In this document: one piece after another, positions 63,180 through 64,000 of the stretch
How positions within the stretch are numbered: position 1 is the stretch's first letter
How the letters are laid out: the number at the start of each line of letters is the position of its first letter
DNA from: Azolla caroliniana
Lineage: Eukaryota; Plantae; Polypodiophyta
Length of the DNA stretch: 64,000 nucleotides
Direction: 5' to 3'
Assembly: GCA_043228905.1 (NCBI GenBank)
Contig: JBHGNT010000004.1
Coordinates: 17,236,001-17,300,000 of the forward strand
Position numbers and translations under genes: made by a program
Notes under the pieces: generated by a model
What the model was told of the DNA's origin: nothing
Databases searched by the model: none
What the model saw: only the letters and a program-made list of their open reading frames with translations

Positions 63180-64000
63180 AGAGTGGGAAAAACCAGCGAA
63201 AGGGGGGGGGGGGGGGTAAAAATGTGCAAAATAAAAGGGAAAAGAAAGGGTGGAAAGGATGCATAGAAGCCCGTGCAAAAAGTAAGAGAGAAGAGAGATA
63301 AAATGTAGAGGAGAGACGAGCTAAGAATTTATAGAGATAGAATTATATATTACATAAGAGAGAGTTAGTGGGCTAGTGGATAGTCACATTGACTACTAAC
63401 TAGAGGTGTATGGTTCCAATCTAGTCTTATAGTGTAACGTGATTTAAGGAATTTTATTCCTTTTTTAGTGAAGACAAAATTGGTGACCCCCTTTCTTTTT
63501 TTCCTATAAAAGGAGGTCGAGGGGGGCTCATTCGGGAGGACGTTTTGGGAGGAGGAGACTATCGCCATTTTTCCTTCGGAGCTCTTCATATTCTTCTTCA
63601 CCACTTCTCTTCATCTCATACCCCTTCATCCCCTTATCACCACGTGCTCGTCTTCTTCGCGTCGGCACTCGAAGTGCTCGTGAGCCCAAGCTTCGTTGGT
63701 TCGACGTTGCTTCACCCCGTTCGTCGTTGTGAGCCCGTGTGCTCGCCGTTCGGGTGGTCGTGGTTCGTTGGGGTTGGCATTTTAGTGGTGCTCATGTTTT
63801 CATCTTCGTCGTGGTCGGTTTTGCTCTTGTCCCTAAGGGCATTTAGTATTTATGTTTGATTAAGCCGGTGGTTAGCTAGAAGTTGCTATTGTACTCAAAC
63901 CCTATTTATAAAGGGGCCTCTTGTGTTGGAATCAAACATGTATTTACTCCTTTGGACGATATCATTCGTGTTTGTGTTATCGTCCCCTTGGGTTCATAGA
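63180..64000 (+). mobile_element. Possible PPT and LTR-like sequence running off the window
   Basis: A long purine/poly-G tract at about 63185-63216 is followed by a TATAAAAGG box at about 63505 and a CT-rich transcribed-looking segment. There is no partner LTR in the window. Confidence 0.3.

Overview
This is eukaryotic nuclear DNA from a land plant. A seed-free plant with flagellated sperm (fern, lycophyte or bryophyte) is the most likely source, inferred from one gene family and the TE types. A large share of the window is decayed, nested transposon sequence: at least five Ty1/copia remnants, Ty3/gypsy fragments, L1-type LINE fragments, many LTR copies and tandem repeats. I reconstructed five intron-containing host genes by hand from GT-AG sites and reading-frame continuity. 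(1) A small Ser/Lys/Arg-rich protein, minus strand, 11832-14697. (2) TRAUCO/ASH2L, the SPRY subunit of the COMPASS H3K4 methyltransferase, minus strand, 25521-29672. (3) A protein with 50-aa tandem repeats, plus strand, 43015-44874, preceded by a 46-aa hydrophobic upstream ORF (candidate bicistronic locus). (4) A disordered Pro/Asn-repeat protein, minus strand, 54549-56410. (5) Head-to-head with gene 4, a coiled-coil protein resembling a family of ciliated eukaryotes, plus strand, about 56780-61903, whose first exon has no in-frame ATG for about 240 codons. I saw no rRNA, tRNA or CRISPR array. All homology statements come from recognising motifs, not from database searches.
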